Source: SAR86 cluster bacterium SAR86E
GTDB lineage: Bacteria; Pseudomonadota; Gammaproteobacteria; Magnimaribacterales; D2472
Assembly: GCA_000307935.1 (NCBI GenBank)
Contig: AMWX01000008.1
Location: forward strand, 93,215 to 157,214
DNA: 64,000 nucleotides
Direction: 5' to 3'
The number at the start of each line of letters is the position of its first letter. Position 1 is the stretch's first letter. This document shows positions 19,761 to 31,422 of the stretch, in pieces. Below the pieces are notes generated by a model. It was not told the origin of the DNA. It saw only the letters and a list, made by a program, of their open reading frames with translations, and made no database searches. The translations under genes were made by a program, and so were the position numbers.

Positions 19761-21180
19761 GCTTTTCATTTAATATTGCATTAACAGTCTTAGGGTTTGC
19801 TTTGCCCTGAGTTAATTTCATTACTTGACCAACAAAAAAACCAAAAAGCTTATCTTTTCCTCCACGATAGGCCTCAACCTGAGCAGGATTATCGTTTATC
19901 ACTGAATTAATGATTTCTTCGATAGCACCATCATCAGATATTTGTTTTAGGCCTTGAGATTCAATTATTTCATCTGGCGAAATGCCGCTGATACACATTT
20001 CTTCAAAAATAGCTTTACCAATTTTTCCTGAAATAGTCTGATCATCGATTCGATTAATTAATATTGCCACGTTGGCTATACTTAATTTTGATTCATTTAT
20101 TTCTATGAGCTCTTTGTTCAGATATGCGCTAATTTCACCTATTAACCAATTTGCCAGTAAGTTATAGTTTCCTGTTTGTTCTGCAGCAGCCTCAAAAAAA
20201 TCTGCCATCGACTTAGAGGATGCAATAATTTGAGCATCATATGCTGATATTTTAAAATCTTGTTGATAGCGCATTTCTTTTTCACTTGGCAGCTCAGGAA
20301 ATTCATCTTTAATTCTCTTAATTTCTTCATCGGAAATAACAACCGGCAATAGATCAGGTTCTGGGAAATACCTATAATCATTTGCAAATTCCTTTGATCG
20401 CATTGAGCGAGTTTCATCTTTAGAGCTATCATACAGTCTTGTTTCTTGAGTTACCGTTTCTCCCTTTTCAAGAATCTTAATTTGCCTTTTAATCTCAAAG
20501 TTGATTGCTTTTTCAATAAATTTAAAAGAATTAATATTTTTGATTTCTGTTCTAGTGCCTAAATCTTTATCACCTTTTTTTCTTATGGAGACATTTGCAT
20601 CACATCTCAGTGAGCCTTGTGCCATGTTTCCATCTGATACGTCTAAATACGTTACAAGCTGATGCATTGCCTTCATGTAGGCAACTGCTTCTTTTGCACT
20701 TGATATCTCTGGTTCTGAGACTATCTCCAGCAGTGGAGTTCCAGCTCTATTAAGATCTATTGCTGAGTAACCATCATATTCATCATGAATTGATTTACCA
20801 GCATCCTCTTCTAAATGCGCTCGTGTAATATTAATGGTTTTAGTTGTTTCTCCAGAAACAATATTTATTGATCCGCCCAAAACAATTGGTAAATCCATTT
20901 GAGTAATTTGATAGCCTTTTGGAAGATCAGCATAAAAGTAGTTTTTTCTATCAAAAATAGAGACCTGATTGATTTGAGCATCTATAGCCATACCAAATCT
21001 AATTGCCTTATAAAATGCTTCTTTATTTACGGATGGCAAAACTCCTGGAAGACCACAATCAATTAAATTTACATTTGTGTTTGGGCTAGCTCCAAAAGCA
21101 GTAGAGGCTCTTGAAAATAACTTTGTTTTGGTTGACAGTTGAACATGCGTTTCCAGCCCTATAACAGTTTCCCAGCTCAC
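19753..21180 (-). CDS. gatB: Asp/Glu-tRNA amidotransferase subunit B
   Basis: [26 protein letters not shown] and [10 protein letters not shown] motifs. Confidence 0.98.
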   Translation of the reverse strand: MSWETVIGLETHVQLSTKTKLFSRASTAFGASPNTNVNLIDCGLPGVLPSVNKEAFYKAIRFGMAIDAQINQVSIFDRKNYFYADLPKGYQITQMDLPIVLGGSINIVSGETTKTINITRAHLEEDAGKSIHDEYDGYSAIDLNRAGTPLLEIVSEPEISSAKEAVAYMKAMHQLVTYLDVSDGNMAQGSLRCDANVSIRKKGDKDLGTRTEIKNINSFKFIEKAINFEIKRQIKILEKGETVTQETRLYDSSKDETRSMRSKEFANDYRYFPEPDLLPVVISDEEIKRIKDEFPELPSEKEMRYQQDFKISAYDAQIIASSKSMADFFEAAAEQTGNYNLLANWLIGEISAYLNKELIEINESKLSIANVAILINRIDDQTISGKIGKAIFEEMCISGISPDEIIESQGLKQISDDGAIEEIINSVINDNPAQVEAYRGGKDKLFGFFVGQVMKLTQGKANPKTVNAILNEKLK

Positions 21181-22637
21181 GAGAAATCCTCTAAGCTTGG
21201 CTGCGCAAGATGAAAGTCTGAGTTTTTTTGAAAAAGATGGGCCGTATTAAGCAGTTGATCTTCTTTTAGAAAGTTTCCTATCAATTGAAGTCCTACTGGC
21301 AATGAATTAACTTGTCCATGAGGAATTGAAATTGCTGGAAGTCCAGCCAAATTAGACGAAATGGTAAAAAGATCTTCAAGATAGAGCTCAACTGGATTTT
21401 GCGTTCCTTTACTCCCAAATTCAAAAGCGGTATTCGGTGAAGTTGGCGTCATTAACACATCCACTGATTGAAATACCTGATCAAAATCATTCTTTATCAA
21501 TCTCCTAACTTGCTGAGCTTTTTTGTAATAAGCATCATAGTAACCAGCTGATAGGGCATAAGTGCCAATTAAAATTCTTCGTTTTACTTCATCTCCAAAA
21601 CCCTCACTTCTTGATTTAATATAGAGGTCGTTTAAATCAGTAGTATTTTTTGCTCTATGTCCAAAACGAACCCCATCAAATCTTGACAGGTTTGATGAGC
21701 ATTCCGCTGGAGCTATAGAGTAATATGTTGGCACGGATGCCGAAATATTTGGAAGCGAGACCTCTATGAATTTAGCGCCAAGTTTTTCATAAGTTTTTTT
21801 TGACTCCTCAAAGCGTGCTTGAACCTCAGAATCTAAGTCGCTGAGATTGAATTCCTTAATAATTCCTATTTTTAAACCATCAATAGGTTGGTTAATATTT
21901 GCAAGAAAATCAGGGACATCAGAGTTCAATGAGGTAGTATCTTTAGAATCGTATCCTGACATCGAATTTAGTAAGATAGCGCAATCTTCAGCGGTTCTCG
22001 CTAATGGACCAGCTTGATCAAGGCTTGATGCAAAAGCAATCATCCCCCATCTCGAAACTCTTCCATAGGTGGGTTTTAATCCAGTAATTCCACAATGTGC
22101 TGCAGGTTGACGAATTGATCCACCTGTATCTGTTCCAGTTGCAGCTGGAACAATTCCTGCTGCCACAGCTGCAGCTGAGCCGCCAGAACTTCCTCCTGGG
22201 ACGTACCCTTTTTTCCATGGGTTATGAACATTACCAAAAAAGCTTGTTTCATTGGAGGATCCCATTGCAAACTCATCCATATTTGTCTTGCCAATAGTTA
22301 TCGAGCCAGCATCCTCAAGTTTTTTTACTGCTGTTGCGGTATATGGAGGGATAAAATTAGATAGGATTTTTGAAGAGCATGTTGTTCTCAAGTTTTCTGT
22401 ACAAAATAAATCTTTTTGGGCTAAAGGAATTCCAAAAAGCATCGATGAGTTTTTATTATTAGAGTCTGCAGCATCAGCTTTTTTTTGACCTACCTCTTCA
22501 TTCATTGTTACAAAACAATTTAATTCATCATACTTTTTAGCTAATAAAAAAGATTCTTGAGTTAGTTCCGTAATAGAAATAGATTTGTTATCAAGCATTT
22601 CCCTTAATTCGATAATAGATTTGAATTGTATGTTCAT
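21177..22637 (-). CDS. gatA: Asp/Glu-tRNA amidotransferase subunit A
   Basis: Amidase signature [23 protein letters not shown]. Confidence 0.98.
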   Translation of the reverse strand: MNIQFKSIIELREMLDNKSISITELTQESFLLAKKYDELNCFVTMNEEVGQKKADAADSNNKNSSMLFGIPLAQKDLFCTENLRTTCSSKILSNFIPPYTATAVKKLEDAGSITIGKTNMDEFAMGSSNETSFFGNVHNPWKKGYVPGGSSGGSAAAVAAGIVPAATGTDTGGSIRQPAAHCGITGLKPTYGRVSRWGMIAFASSLDQAGPLARTAEDCAILLNSMSGYDSKDTTSLNSDVPDFLANINQPIDGLKIGIIKEFNLSDLDSEVQARFEESKKTYEKLGAKFIEVSLPNISASVPTYYSIAPAECSSNLSRFDGVRFGHRAKNTTDLNDLYIKSRSEGFGDEVKRRILIGTYALSAGYYDAYYKKAQQVRRLIKNDFDQVFQSVDVLMTPTSPNTAFEFGSKGTQNPVELYLEDLFTISSNLAGLPAISIPHGQVNSLPVGLQLIGNFLKEDQLLNTAHLFQKNSDFHLAQPSLEDFS

Positions 22638-22915
22638 TCAACCACTCTCGGAACAAAAAAATAGTCATCATTGGATTCGGGTGCATTTTTAAGAAACTTT
22701 TCTTTTTGATTATCGGAGTTTTCAATATCTTCATGAATTGAAGCCGTCATCTCAAGAGGGCTATAAAGAGGCTCAATGGCTGAAGTATCAATATTTTGCA
22801 AGCCTCCAATGAGATCGACAATTGTTTCAAGATCTTTTTGTATTTTTTCTGATTTTTTTTGATCTATTTCTAGTCTAGCTAGATAACAAATAGTTCTGAC
22901 TGTTTCTTGGTCCAT
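22634..22915 (-). CDS. gatC: Asp/Glu-tRNA amidotransferase subunit C
   Basis: LARL...NAP...YFFVPRVVE; first gene of gatCAB. Confidence 0.95.
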   Translation of the reverse strand: MDQETVRTICYLARLEIDQKKSEKIQKDLETIVDLIGGLQNIDTSAIEPLYSPLEMTASIHEDIENSDNQKEKFLKNAPESNDDYFFVPRVVE

Positions 22916-22988
22916 ATGATATTATTAATCTTTGATGCGCAATATTAAACTAAAAGCATCTTAAAATGAATTTACAAGGAACATCATA

Positions 22989-24038
22989 GTGGATTTCAAC
23001 CTATTTAAAACTGTTCGGGGCCTATTTTCTAATGATTTATCGATAGATTTAGGTACCGCAAATACATTAATTTATACAAAAGACATTGGAATTGTTTTAA
23101 ACGAGCCATCTGTTGTAGCTATCCGTGAAAGTCGTGGTCAAAAAACCGTAGTAGCAGTTGGGCATGAGGCAAAAAAAATGCTTGGCAGAACTCCAGGTAA
23201 CATTAAAGCTATTAGACCCTTATCCGAGGGAGTCATCGCTGACTTTCAAGTAACAGAAAAAATGTTACAACACTTTATCGCAAAAGTGCATGAGCAAAGA
23301 TTTATTAAGCCAAGCCCTAGAGTGCTTGTATGCGTTCCATGTCGATCAACCCAAGTTGAAAGAAGAGCTATTAGAGAATCTGTTTTGGGAGCAGGGGCAA
23401 GAGATGTAAAGTTGATAGAGGAACCAATGGCAGCAGCTATTGGTGCAGGGCTTCCGGTTGAAGAAGCTAATGGGAATATGGTTGTTGATATTGGTGGGGG
23501 AACTTCAGAAATTGCAATCCTCTCTCTTAATGGGGTGGTTTATGCTGAGTCAGTTAAAATAGGCGGGGACCTTATGGACAGCTCTATTACTTCTTGGGTG
23601 AGAAGAAATTATGGTTGTGTAATTGGTGAATCCACTGCAGAAAAAATAAAATACACAATTGGTTGCGCCTCACCAGACTCTGAGGATTTAGAAATGAATG
23701 TTACTGGAAGAAATCTAGCGGAGGGTATTCCAGAAACATTTACCCTAAAAAGCTCTCAGGTATATGAGGCAATGCGTGATCCACTATCTGGAATGGTAAG
23801 AGCTATAAGGAATGCACTTGAACTATCTCCTCCAGAATTAGCAGCAGATATTGCTGAAAGAGGTATTGTTCTCACTGGCGGAGGAGCGCTAATGAGAGAT
23901 TTAGATAAGCTTATTTCTACTTCAACAGGCATTCCTGTCATTTGCGCTGAAGATCCATTGACTTGTGTTGCAAGAGGTGGAGGCAAGGCTTTAGAAATTA
24001 TTGATAAATATAATATTGATTTACTTTCAACAGAATAA
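22989..24038 (+). CDS. mreB: rod shape-determining protein MreB
   Basis: [14 protein letters not shown] and LTGGGAL actin-like motifs. Confidence 0.98.
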   Translation: MDFNLFKTVRGLFSNDLSIDLGTANTLIYTKDIGIVLNEPSVVAIRESRGQKTVVAVGHEAKKMLGRTPGNIKAIRPLSEGVIADFQVTEKMLQHFIAKVHEQRFIKPSPRVLVCVPCRSTQVERRAIRESVLGAGARDVKLIEEPMAAAIGAGLPVEEANGNMVVDIGGGTSEIAILSLNGVVYAESVKIGGDLMDSSITSWVRRNYGCVIGESTAEKIKYTIGCASPDSEDLEMNVTGRNLAEGIPETFTLKSSQVYEAMRDPLSGMVRAIRNALELSPPELAADIAERGIVLTGGGALMRDLDKLISTSTGIPVICAEDPLTCVARGGGKALEIIDKYNIDLLSTE

Positions 24039-24048
24039 TTAAATAAAT

Positions 24049-24870
24049 ATGGCGAGATCCGCGCCTTCATACATTCCAATTAGAAACTATTTGATAGGGT
24101 TCTTTTTATCGGCACTTATTTTATTTGCAGATATTCGTTTTGATAGTTTTGCTTCAATTAAAGGTTTTTTTAGAGCCTCTGCACTATATCTTCAGCTAGC
24201 ATCCAATGTTCCCTTGAATCAATTAAACAAGATCACCTCAACTTTTTCTGAAAAGATTGCAATAACTCAAGAAAATAATTACTTGAAACAAGAGATTATT
24301 AAACTACAAACAAAAGCTATGATCGAGCAAAAAATGTTCTCTACGCAAATTGATAGAATTAATAGCTATGAAAATAAACTTAATACTTTAGGGATGAAGA
24401 GCATTTCATTATTTGAAATTGCTTCGATTGATTTAAAAAATTATCTTTGCTGTTCTTCTCATAAACTTTTTTTAAATAATCCAGACAAGAAATCCATTAG
24501 TACAAATCTTCCTGTAATGGCTAAAGAATCATATGTTGGGCAGACAAGAAAAAATCATATGAATTTTATTGAGGTCATCCTTTTTTCAGATGCTGAGCAT
24601 TTATTGCCTATAAAGTCACCATCCTTTTTTTGTAATGCTAGAGGTCGAGGCAAACCATTGATGATATCTTGTGTGGTGAATACAGAAGAATCTGCATTAA
24701 CTAATGTCAATGACTCTATTTTTACCTCCGGGCTTGGCGGAGTCTTTATGCCAAATATAAAGGTTGGAGAGATCATTGAAATCAACCCTCTCTCCATAGA
24801 TGAGTCAGAAGTAATAATCAAGCTTATTGATGATCCGCTAGAGCAAACCCTATTTGGGATAGTGGGATAG
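24049..24870 (+). CDS. mreC: rod shape-determining protein MreC (divergent)
   Basis: N-terminal TM helix, coiled coil (QENNYLK), TSGLGGVFMPNIKVG motif. Confidence 0.88.
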   Translation: MARSAPSYIPIRNYLIGFFLSALILFADIRFDSFASIKGFFRASALYLQLASNVPLNQLNKITSTFSEKIAITQENNYLKQEIIKLQTKAMIEQKMFSTQIDRINSYENKLNTLGMKSISLFEIASIDLKNYLCCSSHKLFLNNPDKKSISTNLPVMAKESYVGQTRKNHMNFIEVILFSDAEHLLPIKSPSFFCNARGRGKPLMISCVVNTEESALTNVNDSIFTSGLGGVFMPNIKVGEIIEINPLSIDESEVIIKLIDDPLEQTLFGIVG

Positions 24871-24872
24871 CT

Positions 24873-25352
24873 TTGATGAAAATCAATAATCATCTAACCA
24901 TATTAGGCACAATTTTTTTAGCTTTTTGGCTTGAGAATTTTATTAACCAATATTCAATTAATTTTTATATTGAATTTAATTTAGGCTTTTTAGTATTCTC
25001 ATATTGGGTTTTCGCCATGCATGAAAAGTTGCAAGCCTTTTCTTCGTTAGCTTACGGTGTTGTAGTTGATTTATTTTTTTTTAGTGCGCTAGGTTTTAAT
25101 ATGCTTTTTTTTACAGCAATGTCTTACCTAATCAATCTTTATGTTTTTCGATTTAGAATTTTTTCATACTTGCAACTTTCAATATTTTTTTCAGCATCAT
25201 CAATTTTTTATTTGGCATGTAAATATCTTTTATTTTCTCCATTAAATTATTCTTACTTGATGCTTTTAAATAGTTTTATTTTTAACATGATCTTATGGGT
25301 AGGGCTCTATTTTGTATTACGCTCATTTAGAAGAAAATTTCTTTCTATGTAA
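24873..25352 (+). CDS. mreD: rod shape-determining protein MreD (divergent)
   Basis: About five TM helices, YW..., GVVVDL...LG; follows mreC. Confidence 0.85.
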   Translation: MMKINNHLTILGTIFLAFWLENFINQYSINFYIEFNLGFLVFSYWVFAMHEKLQAFSSLAYGVVVDLFFFSALGFNMLFFTAMSYLINLYVFRFRIFSYLQLSIFFSASSIFYLACKYLLFSPLNYSYLMLLNSFIFNMILWVGLYFVLRSFRRKFLSM

Positions 25353-25354
25353 AA

Positions 25355-28300
25355 GTGCTCAATCCAATAAAAAATATAATTTTGGGAGCCTTTGTAATTA
25401 GCTGGCTAGGCATTTTCTTAATTCTTTCACTTTATGTATTTCCCAAGCAAACCATTCGAGCTGTTGATAATTATTTTCTTTATTCACATTCTATTAACTT
25501 TAAGGATTTAGAAAATCGGGGTACTTTTTTGGGCCCAATCCTAAAATTTTCAGAACTGGAAGTTAGTAATAAAAATCAAAAAATCTTTGAGGCTAGGAAT
25601 CTTGATATTGGTATCCAGCTATCGTTGGGCATATTTTTTAAAGAAATCATTGTTGAGAAACTTGTTTTAAATGAAGGTTTCTTTAGGTTTGAGAAATCAA
25701 ACGAAAATAAGATTAGTTTTCCTTCCATATCATTAGCAAATTATTTTACATTTTCAATTGAGAATTTTTTGTATAAAAAAGATAGCAAAAATATTCTAAT
25801 AAATGGCAGTATGTCAGGGTCTATTTCAGAATCACTATCTGGTCAGATCAATCTAATGCATGAAGATAATTTGAGCACTATCTCGCTTATGGGAGGAGGT
25901 AATAATTATAATTTTTCCATCAATCTTCATAACTCAAATTGGTTTGATTTACTGCCTATCAGTTTTTTAAAGCCTATTTCAGATTTGAGCTTTCATTTAA
26001 AGTCGATGGGCTCTATCAACCAAGGGTCATCAATTATTAAGGGCTCGATTGGGCTCAATGAATGGTTAGCTAAAAATGTAAATATTAAAAAAAATTATGG
26101 ATCATTTGAGGTTAAGTTACACAATGGCAAAGGTGAATTAGCCCTTTCAAAATTTTTAAATCCAATAATTGATGAAAGTGACCCTATAAAATTTGATTTT
26201 TATAAAAAAAATATTTTCATCCCTTCATTAATTTTATCAAATCAAATTTTAGACCTCCAAAAATATAAGATTCTAAACCTATCCATTAAAAATTTCTTTC
26301 TATCATTTAAGCAATCAAATATAGTTTTTTCTGGTTTGTTAGCAGACCTTGACTTGGAAAATCTCTATTTTAATAGAATCTTAGATATTTCTGGACATTT
26401 TTCAGGTAACCCCAAAGGTATAAATTTAAGGCTGTTTTCAGATTCCACATCTTTGATAAAAAACTCTCAGCAATCTATTCTTGCTTCAATAGATGGTTAT
26501 GGGCATCTCAGTGATACAGGGCTGGGTTTAAAAGCTCTTATTGATTCAAATGAATCATCAATAAATCTTAATTTAAGTTTTAATCCTCTGTCTAAGGAAC
26601 CACTTCTCGTTGAGTTAAAGGGAGCCGACGCCTCAAAGAAATTAATTTTGACTTCATTTCCACAGTCTTTATCTTCAGTCAATAATTTTATTCAATCAAA
26701 CATTTCTCTGAGTAATAAAAATAATATCTATCTAAAATATTCTGGAGGAGCTCTAAATTCTAATTCTAAATTTCAACTTAAATTGTTTGCAAATCAGGCA
26801 AATATATCAGGTATTTCTAAGCTTCAGTTGAGTCTGAGAGATGTGCTGATTGAAGCAGATAAAAAAAACCTATACATAAACTCAAATATCGGGCGGGTAG
26901 GAAAAATTTCCTATACCAAAGGGTTTGGCATCCTGAATTACCAGGATCAGCAACTGAAGTTTTCAACATCTCATTTAGTAGATTTAAAAGATTTAGTTGA
27001 GTCCAATATATTACCTCAAAATACTTCAATCTCTGATATTCAAGCCTTGCACAAGGGCAGAATTCAGTTATCTAGTGCTGAATACAAGAGCGCCATATCA
27101 GCTGAGGTGGGTTCATTTTCTTTTCCCTTTACAAATGAACAACATGTAAATATAAGGAGTGGTAATTTTTTTATCACCAGTCTTGATCAAATCTTTGGGA
27201 CTTTCTCAGCCAATTTACTTAATCAAGATGTACATATCCTTTTAAAAGGAAAGGAATTATTTAGTGACTTTGATATTAATTTTTTAACCACAATCAATAT
27301 TGATCCAAAAAAATATATACCTCAAACAGATTTACTGAATATTGCTGGAAAAGATAATTTTTTAGTTGATTTAAAATTATTTGCTTTAAAAAAACCTTTG
27401 CTCAAAATTTCTTCAGACCTTCAAGAAATAAAAATAAGATCGCCTCTTAAATTTCTGAATAAAGAAAAATCTAAGACTTTGCAAACATTAATATCAATAG
27501 AGGGCTTTAAAGATCCTGCGCTGAAATTAGTAAATGATTTTATGTACATTGATATAAAAGATTTAAGTATTTTTGAGGGATATATCTCTATTGGAGGATT
27601 GCTACCCGAAAAATATAATTTTTTTAGAAATCAATCTGGGCTAAATATATTCATCAAAACCAATAGCTTTGATCTTAATGATTTCCAATCTATTTCTTTT
27701 GATCAAAGTCAAAGCACTAATATTAACTTTCAAAACTTTGCTTTTGAGATCGACAGACTCAATGCTTTTGAAAACACTTTTTTAAAAGTATCTGGCTTAT
27801 TTGAATTTAATAATAAGGAGATGAAAGGGAATATTAATGGCAAAAATTTAAACTTAAATTATAAAAATGATACTTCAGGTTTTTTTAGAATTGATTTAAA
27901 AAACTCCACAATAAAAAATATTAATTTTTTTACAACTAATAATAGCAGTTTTAATAATGTTATTAATTCTAGGATTACAATTGAAAATTCTAATATTGAA
28001 AATATAAATATTTCAAATGCCGACTTCTATGTGTTAAGCAATCAAGATGCTCTAACTTTTAACAATATTAAAATGAAGTCAGATTTGATTAATATTTCTT
28101 CCCAAAATTCCTCTTCGCCAGCATATCTATCATTCAATAAAAATATTCCTTTATATAAAATTAATGGAAATTTTCTTGTAAAAGATTCAAAGCAAATTCC
28201 TCTTTTAAGAGACTATATTGATTTTAGCTATTTTAATGGTTCTTTAAACTTGCAATGGCAAAATTTGTTGAGATTAAGTCATATTGAGGGAAAGGCAGAT

Positions 28301-28777
28301 TTTATTCTCAAGGACTTAACTATTCCAAGCACTTTACCAAACTCCTCGGCTTTTAACCTTTTAGGGGTGCTGAATTTAAAAAATATTTTAGGTAAGTTAG
28401 TCAATTTTGATTTATCGCTTGATGAGTATACCTCTACTCAATTAAGTAGGGTGGAAGCAAATCTTCTCTTGAGCCAATCGAGGCTTCGCCTTGCAGAGCC
28501 CTTATTTATTGAAACTAATGCAGCAAAAATGAAATGGATAGGTCAAATCAATAAAAATAAATCTGAGATTTTAGATGATTTAGATTTGAATTTAGATTTA
28601 AGAATAAGGGTTGGAGAAAATATCCCTTGGTATGCAGCTATATTGGGAGGCCTGCCAGCAGTTGCTGGATCGGCTGTGCTGAATGAATTCTTTGAAGAAG
28701 ATATAAATAATTTATCTAATTATCAGTATGAGGTTACTGGCAATATTAACAAGCCTCAATTATCAAGGCTTAAATAA
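25355..28777 (+). CDS. YhdP-like AsmA-family intermembrane lipid transporter (highly divergent)
   Basis: 1140 aa, N-terminal anchor, beta-rich body, C-terminal AsmA2-like features (LLGVLNLKNI, P.YAAILGG.P, YEVTGNINKP); yhdP position after mreD. Confidence 0.75.
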   Translation: MLNPIKNIILGAFVISWLGIFLILSLYVFPKQTIRAVDNYFLYSHSINFKDLENRGTFLGPILKFSELEVSNKNQKIFEARNLDIGIQLSLGIFFKEIIVEKLVLNEGFFRFEKSNENKISFPSISLANYFTFSIENFLYKKDSKNILINGSMSGSISESLSGQINLMHEDNLSTISLMGGGNNYNFSINLHNSNWFDLLPISFLKPISDLSFHLKSMGSINQGSSIIKGSIGLNEWLAKNVNIKKNYGSFEVKLHNGKGELALSKFLNPIIDESDPIKFDFYKKNIFIPSLILSNQILDLQKYKILNLSIKNFFLSFKQSNIVFSGLLADLDLENLYFNRILDISGHFSGNPKGINLRLFSDSTSLIKNSQQSILASIDGYGHLSDTGLGLKALIDSNESSINLNLSFNPLSKEPLLVELKGADASKKLILTSFPQSLSSVNNFIQSNISLSNKNNIYLKYSGGALNSNSKFQLKLFANQANISGISKLQLSLRDVLIEADKKNLYINSNIGRVGKISYTKGFGILNYQDQQLKFSTSHLVDLKDLVESNILPQNTSISDIQALHKGRIQLSSAEYKSAISAEVGSFSFPFTNEQHVNIRSGNFFITSLDQIFGTFSANLLNQDVHILLKGKELFSDFDINFLTTINIDPKKYIPQTDLLNIAGKDNFLVDLKLFALKKPLLKISSDLQEIKIRSPLKFLNKEKSKTLQTLISIEGFKDPALKLVNDFMYIDIKDLSIFEGYISIGGLLPEKYNFFRNQSGLNIFIKTNSFDLNDFQSISFDQSQSTNINFQNFAFEIDRLNAFENTFLKVSGLFEFNNKEMKGNINGKNLNLNYKNDTSGFFRIDLKNSTIKNINFFTTNNSSFNNVINSRITIENSNIENINISNADFYVLSNQDALTFNNIKMKSDLINISSQNSSSPAYLSFNKNIPLYKINGNFLVKDSKQIPLLRDYIDFSYFNGSLNLQWQNLLRLSHIEGKADFILKDLTIPSTLPNSSAFNLLGVLNLKNILGKLVNFDLSLDEYTSTQLSRVEANLLLSQSRLRLAEPLFIETNAAKMKWIGQINKNKSEILDDLDLNLDLRIRVGENIPWYAAILGGLPAVAGSAVLNEFFEEDINNLSNYQYEVTGNINKPQLSRLK

Positions 28778-30125
28778 GAACTAAGCTAGCCAAACCTAGA
28801 AATGAAAAAAATCCTATTACATCTGTGACTGTTGTCACAACAACGCTACCGGCTATAGCTGGATCTTGATTAAATTTTCGCAGCATAATTGGAATAAAAA
28901 TCCCAGCAACTGCTGAACATATCAAATTCACTATCATTGCAAAGCAAATCAGAATGGAAATGGTAATGCTATTGAACCATAAATAAGTTATACCACCTAC
29001 CAAAATTGATAACAGAATACCATTAACTATGGACACAGCTAATTCCCTCTTGTACAACCAATTAATATTAGTTTTATTGATTTGCTGGAGTGTTAACCCT
29101 CTGATCATAATTGTCAGTGTTTGAGTGCCGGCAACTCCTCCCATGCTGGCTACAATGGGCATTAAGATTGCTAGATAAACTATCTCATCAATAGTTTGCT
29201 GGAATAAGCTAATAGTCATAGATGCGATAAATGCCGTCATTAAATTTATTGAGAGCCATAGAATTCGGCTTCTAGCAGCTCTAGCTGGTGCTGCAAATGT
29301 ATCTTCTGCAATACCAGCCATCCCTAAGAAATTTTGATCGGCATCCTCCATAATGACATCAACCACATCATCAATGGTGATTCTTCCTATTAAATTTTTA
29401 CTATCATCAACCACTGGTGCAGAAACCCAATCATTCTGTTCAAATAGCCTAGAAACATCTTTATCGTTTAAATTTGCAGACAATGGATCTGTTTCTGTTT
29501 CCATTAACTCTCTTACATTTAACGAAGGATCTGAAACAACAATTGTTGAAACAGATAATGATCCTAAATACTTATTTTCTCTTGAAACTACAAAAATTTT
29601 GTCAGTATTTTGAGGTAGTTTTTTTTGGGCTCTTAAGTACCTCATAACGACTTCAAGGCTATGCTTAGGTCTTACGCTAATAATATCTGTATTCATGAGA
29701 CCGCCAGCAGAATCTACAGGGTACTCTAAAACATCTTTAATTCTTTGCCTGTCTCTTTTTGACATAGAGGCTAGGATATTTTCAGTTGTTCTATCTGGTA
29801 ATGTTTGAAGAATATCTACTATTTTATCAAGCTCAAGATCTTGAATAATTGCTATTAGTTCATCTGGTAAAATTTCTGAAATTAATTCTTGTTGTATTTC
29901 ATCATGTAGTTCTGCAATGATTTCTCCTTCATCTTGAATTTCAATAAGAGACCACAAAAACTTCCTTTCCTTGGGTGGAAGAGATTCCATTGTGTGAGCC
30001 ACTTCAGATGGATGCATGCCATGCAAAATCCTTTTTATTTGATTAATTGATGGCTCTACATTCGGATTTTGTATGCTTTTTAGTAACTCTTCAGATGAGA
30101 AATGATGAGGAGTTATTTTTTTCAT
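28770..30125 (-). CDS. mgtE: magnesium transporter MgtE
   Basis: SAGGLMNTD CBS pair, MPIVASMGGVAGTQ and DPAIAGSVVVTTVTDV motifs. Confidence 0.96.
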   Translation of the reverse strand: MKKITPHHFSSEELLKSIQNPNVEPSINQIKRILHGMHPSEVAHTMESLPPKERKFLWSLIEIQDEGEIIAELHDEIQQELISEILPDELIAIIQDLELDKIVDILQTLPDRTTENILASMSKRDRQRIKDVLEYPVDSAGGLMNTDIISVRPKHSLEVVMRYLRAQKKLPQNTDKIFVVSRENKYLGSLSVSTIVVSDPSLNVRELMETETDPLSANLNDKDVSRLFEQNDWVSAPVVDDSKNLIGRITIDDVVDVIMEDADQNFLGMAGIAEDTFAAPARAARSRILWLSINLMTAFIASMTISLFQQTIDEIVYLAILMPIVASMGGVAGTQTLTIMIRGLTLQQINKTNINWLYKRELAVSIVNGILLSILVGGITYLWFNSITISILICFAMIVNLICSAVAGIFIPIMLRKFNQDPAIAGSVVVTTVTDVIGFFSFLGLASLVLI

Positions 30126-30153
30126 TGAATTAATTCTACCTCACTAAAAAAAA

Positions 30154-31419
30154 TTATCTGTTTCTTGAATTTGGTAAGTTAATTTTTTTTCTATATTTTG
30201 TAATTGTTCTTCGTGCTAGGTTAAAACCACGGAGGTTCAGCAGATCAGCAATTTTTTGATCACTTAACTTTTTTGATTCGTCTGCAATAATTTGTTTTAT
30301 TTCTTCCATCAGCTGTGATGGCGTAACTTTTCTTGTTTTTGAAACTGAATTAGCTAAAAGAGATTTCATAGAAACGGCTCCTTTAGGTGTTTGAATATAT
30401 TTAGATCTAAGTATCCTAGAAACAGTAGACGGGCTTATCTTTAATGTTTTCGCAAGTTCAATATTTGAAAGAGGTACTAGCTCTGAAGAAAGATCCAGGA
30501 GAAAATCTGCTTGAATTTTACATATTAAGGAACCAACCTCATACACAGTTTCATTTCGCCTTTTTATCGCGCGAATTAACCATTTTGCGTCATCTATTTT
30601 TTCGATTAACTGAGAACCAGCATTATTCTTTTTGTCTTTAGTAAGAGCTATGAGTTCTTTATCTAAAACAATATTAGGAAAAGCAGCTTCTTTAAATTTA
30701 ACATCTAGTGATAAATTATCCCTAGGCATAACCTCTAAATCGGGCTGGATAATATTAGATGGCTCGAATTCTAAACCAGGAGAAAGATCACATTTTTTAA
30801 TTTCAGTTAATACCTCTTCAATTAATTTCTCAGAAAAAGATAAAAGTAATGCATCCTTAGCATCTAGAAAATTTATATATTTTGGATTGAAAAGTATTTC
30901 AGAGGCTATTTTCAGATTAACTGGATCCAAATTTTTTCGTTGAAGTTGTAAATAAATAGACTCTTTAAAATTTCTTGCACCAATTCCAGCTGGCTCAAGA
31001 TCATGCACAATTCCCTCAAGAACATTCTGTATTTCTTTATATGTATAAAAAAAATTAAGGCTCTCCTCAATCACGTCCAATGGATCGTGGAGAAGACCAT
31101 CTTCCCCAAGAGATTGAATAATAGCTAATGCAATTTTCTCTTTTTTAGGGCTCAGTCTTAAGTCTATAAGTTGTGATTCTAAATGATCGCCTAATGTAGC
31201 CATGCTGGAGAGGTTTTGAATTATGTCTTCATCATCGAAGCTTGAATTATTATCTAAATTTTCAACCTTATTTAAGAATGGATTCTCATCTATTTCATTA
31301 TTAATTCTATTGATAATTTCTAATCTTGATAATTGAAGTAGATCAATCGATTTTTTTAATTGAGGAGTAATTGAAAGCTGTTGCTTTTGTTGGAATTCTC
31401 TAACCAGCCTAATTGCCAT
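30154..31419 (-). CDS. rpoN: RNA polymerase sigma-54 factor
   Basis: Region I TPQLKKSIDLLQL, EPAGIGAR, STVSR HTH, RpoN box ARRTITKYR. Confidence 0.95.
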   Translation of the reverse strand: MAIRLVREFQQKQQLSITPQLKKSIDLLQLSRLEIINRINNEIDENPFLNKVENLDNNSSFDDEDIIQNLSSMATLGDHLESQLIDLRLSPKKEKIALAIIQSLGEDGLLHDPLDVIEESLNFFYTYKEIQNVLEGIVHDLEPAGIGARNFKESIYLQLQRKNLDPVNLKIASEILFNPKYINFLDAKDALLLSFSEKLIEEVLTEIKKCDLSPGLEFEPSNIIQPDLEVMPRDNLSLDVKFKEAAFPNIVLDKELIALTKDKKNNAGSQLIEKIDDAKWLIRAIKRRNETVYEVGSLICKIQADFLLDLSSELVPLSNIELAKTLKISPSTVSRILRSKYIQTPKGAVSMKSLLANSVSKTRKVTPSQLMEEIKQIIADESKKLSDQKIADLLNLRGFNLARRTITKYRKKINLPNSRNR

Positions 31420-31422
31420 CTT

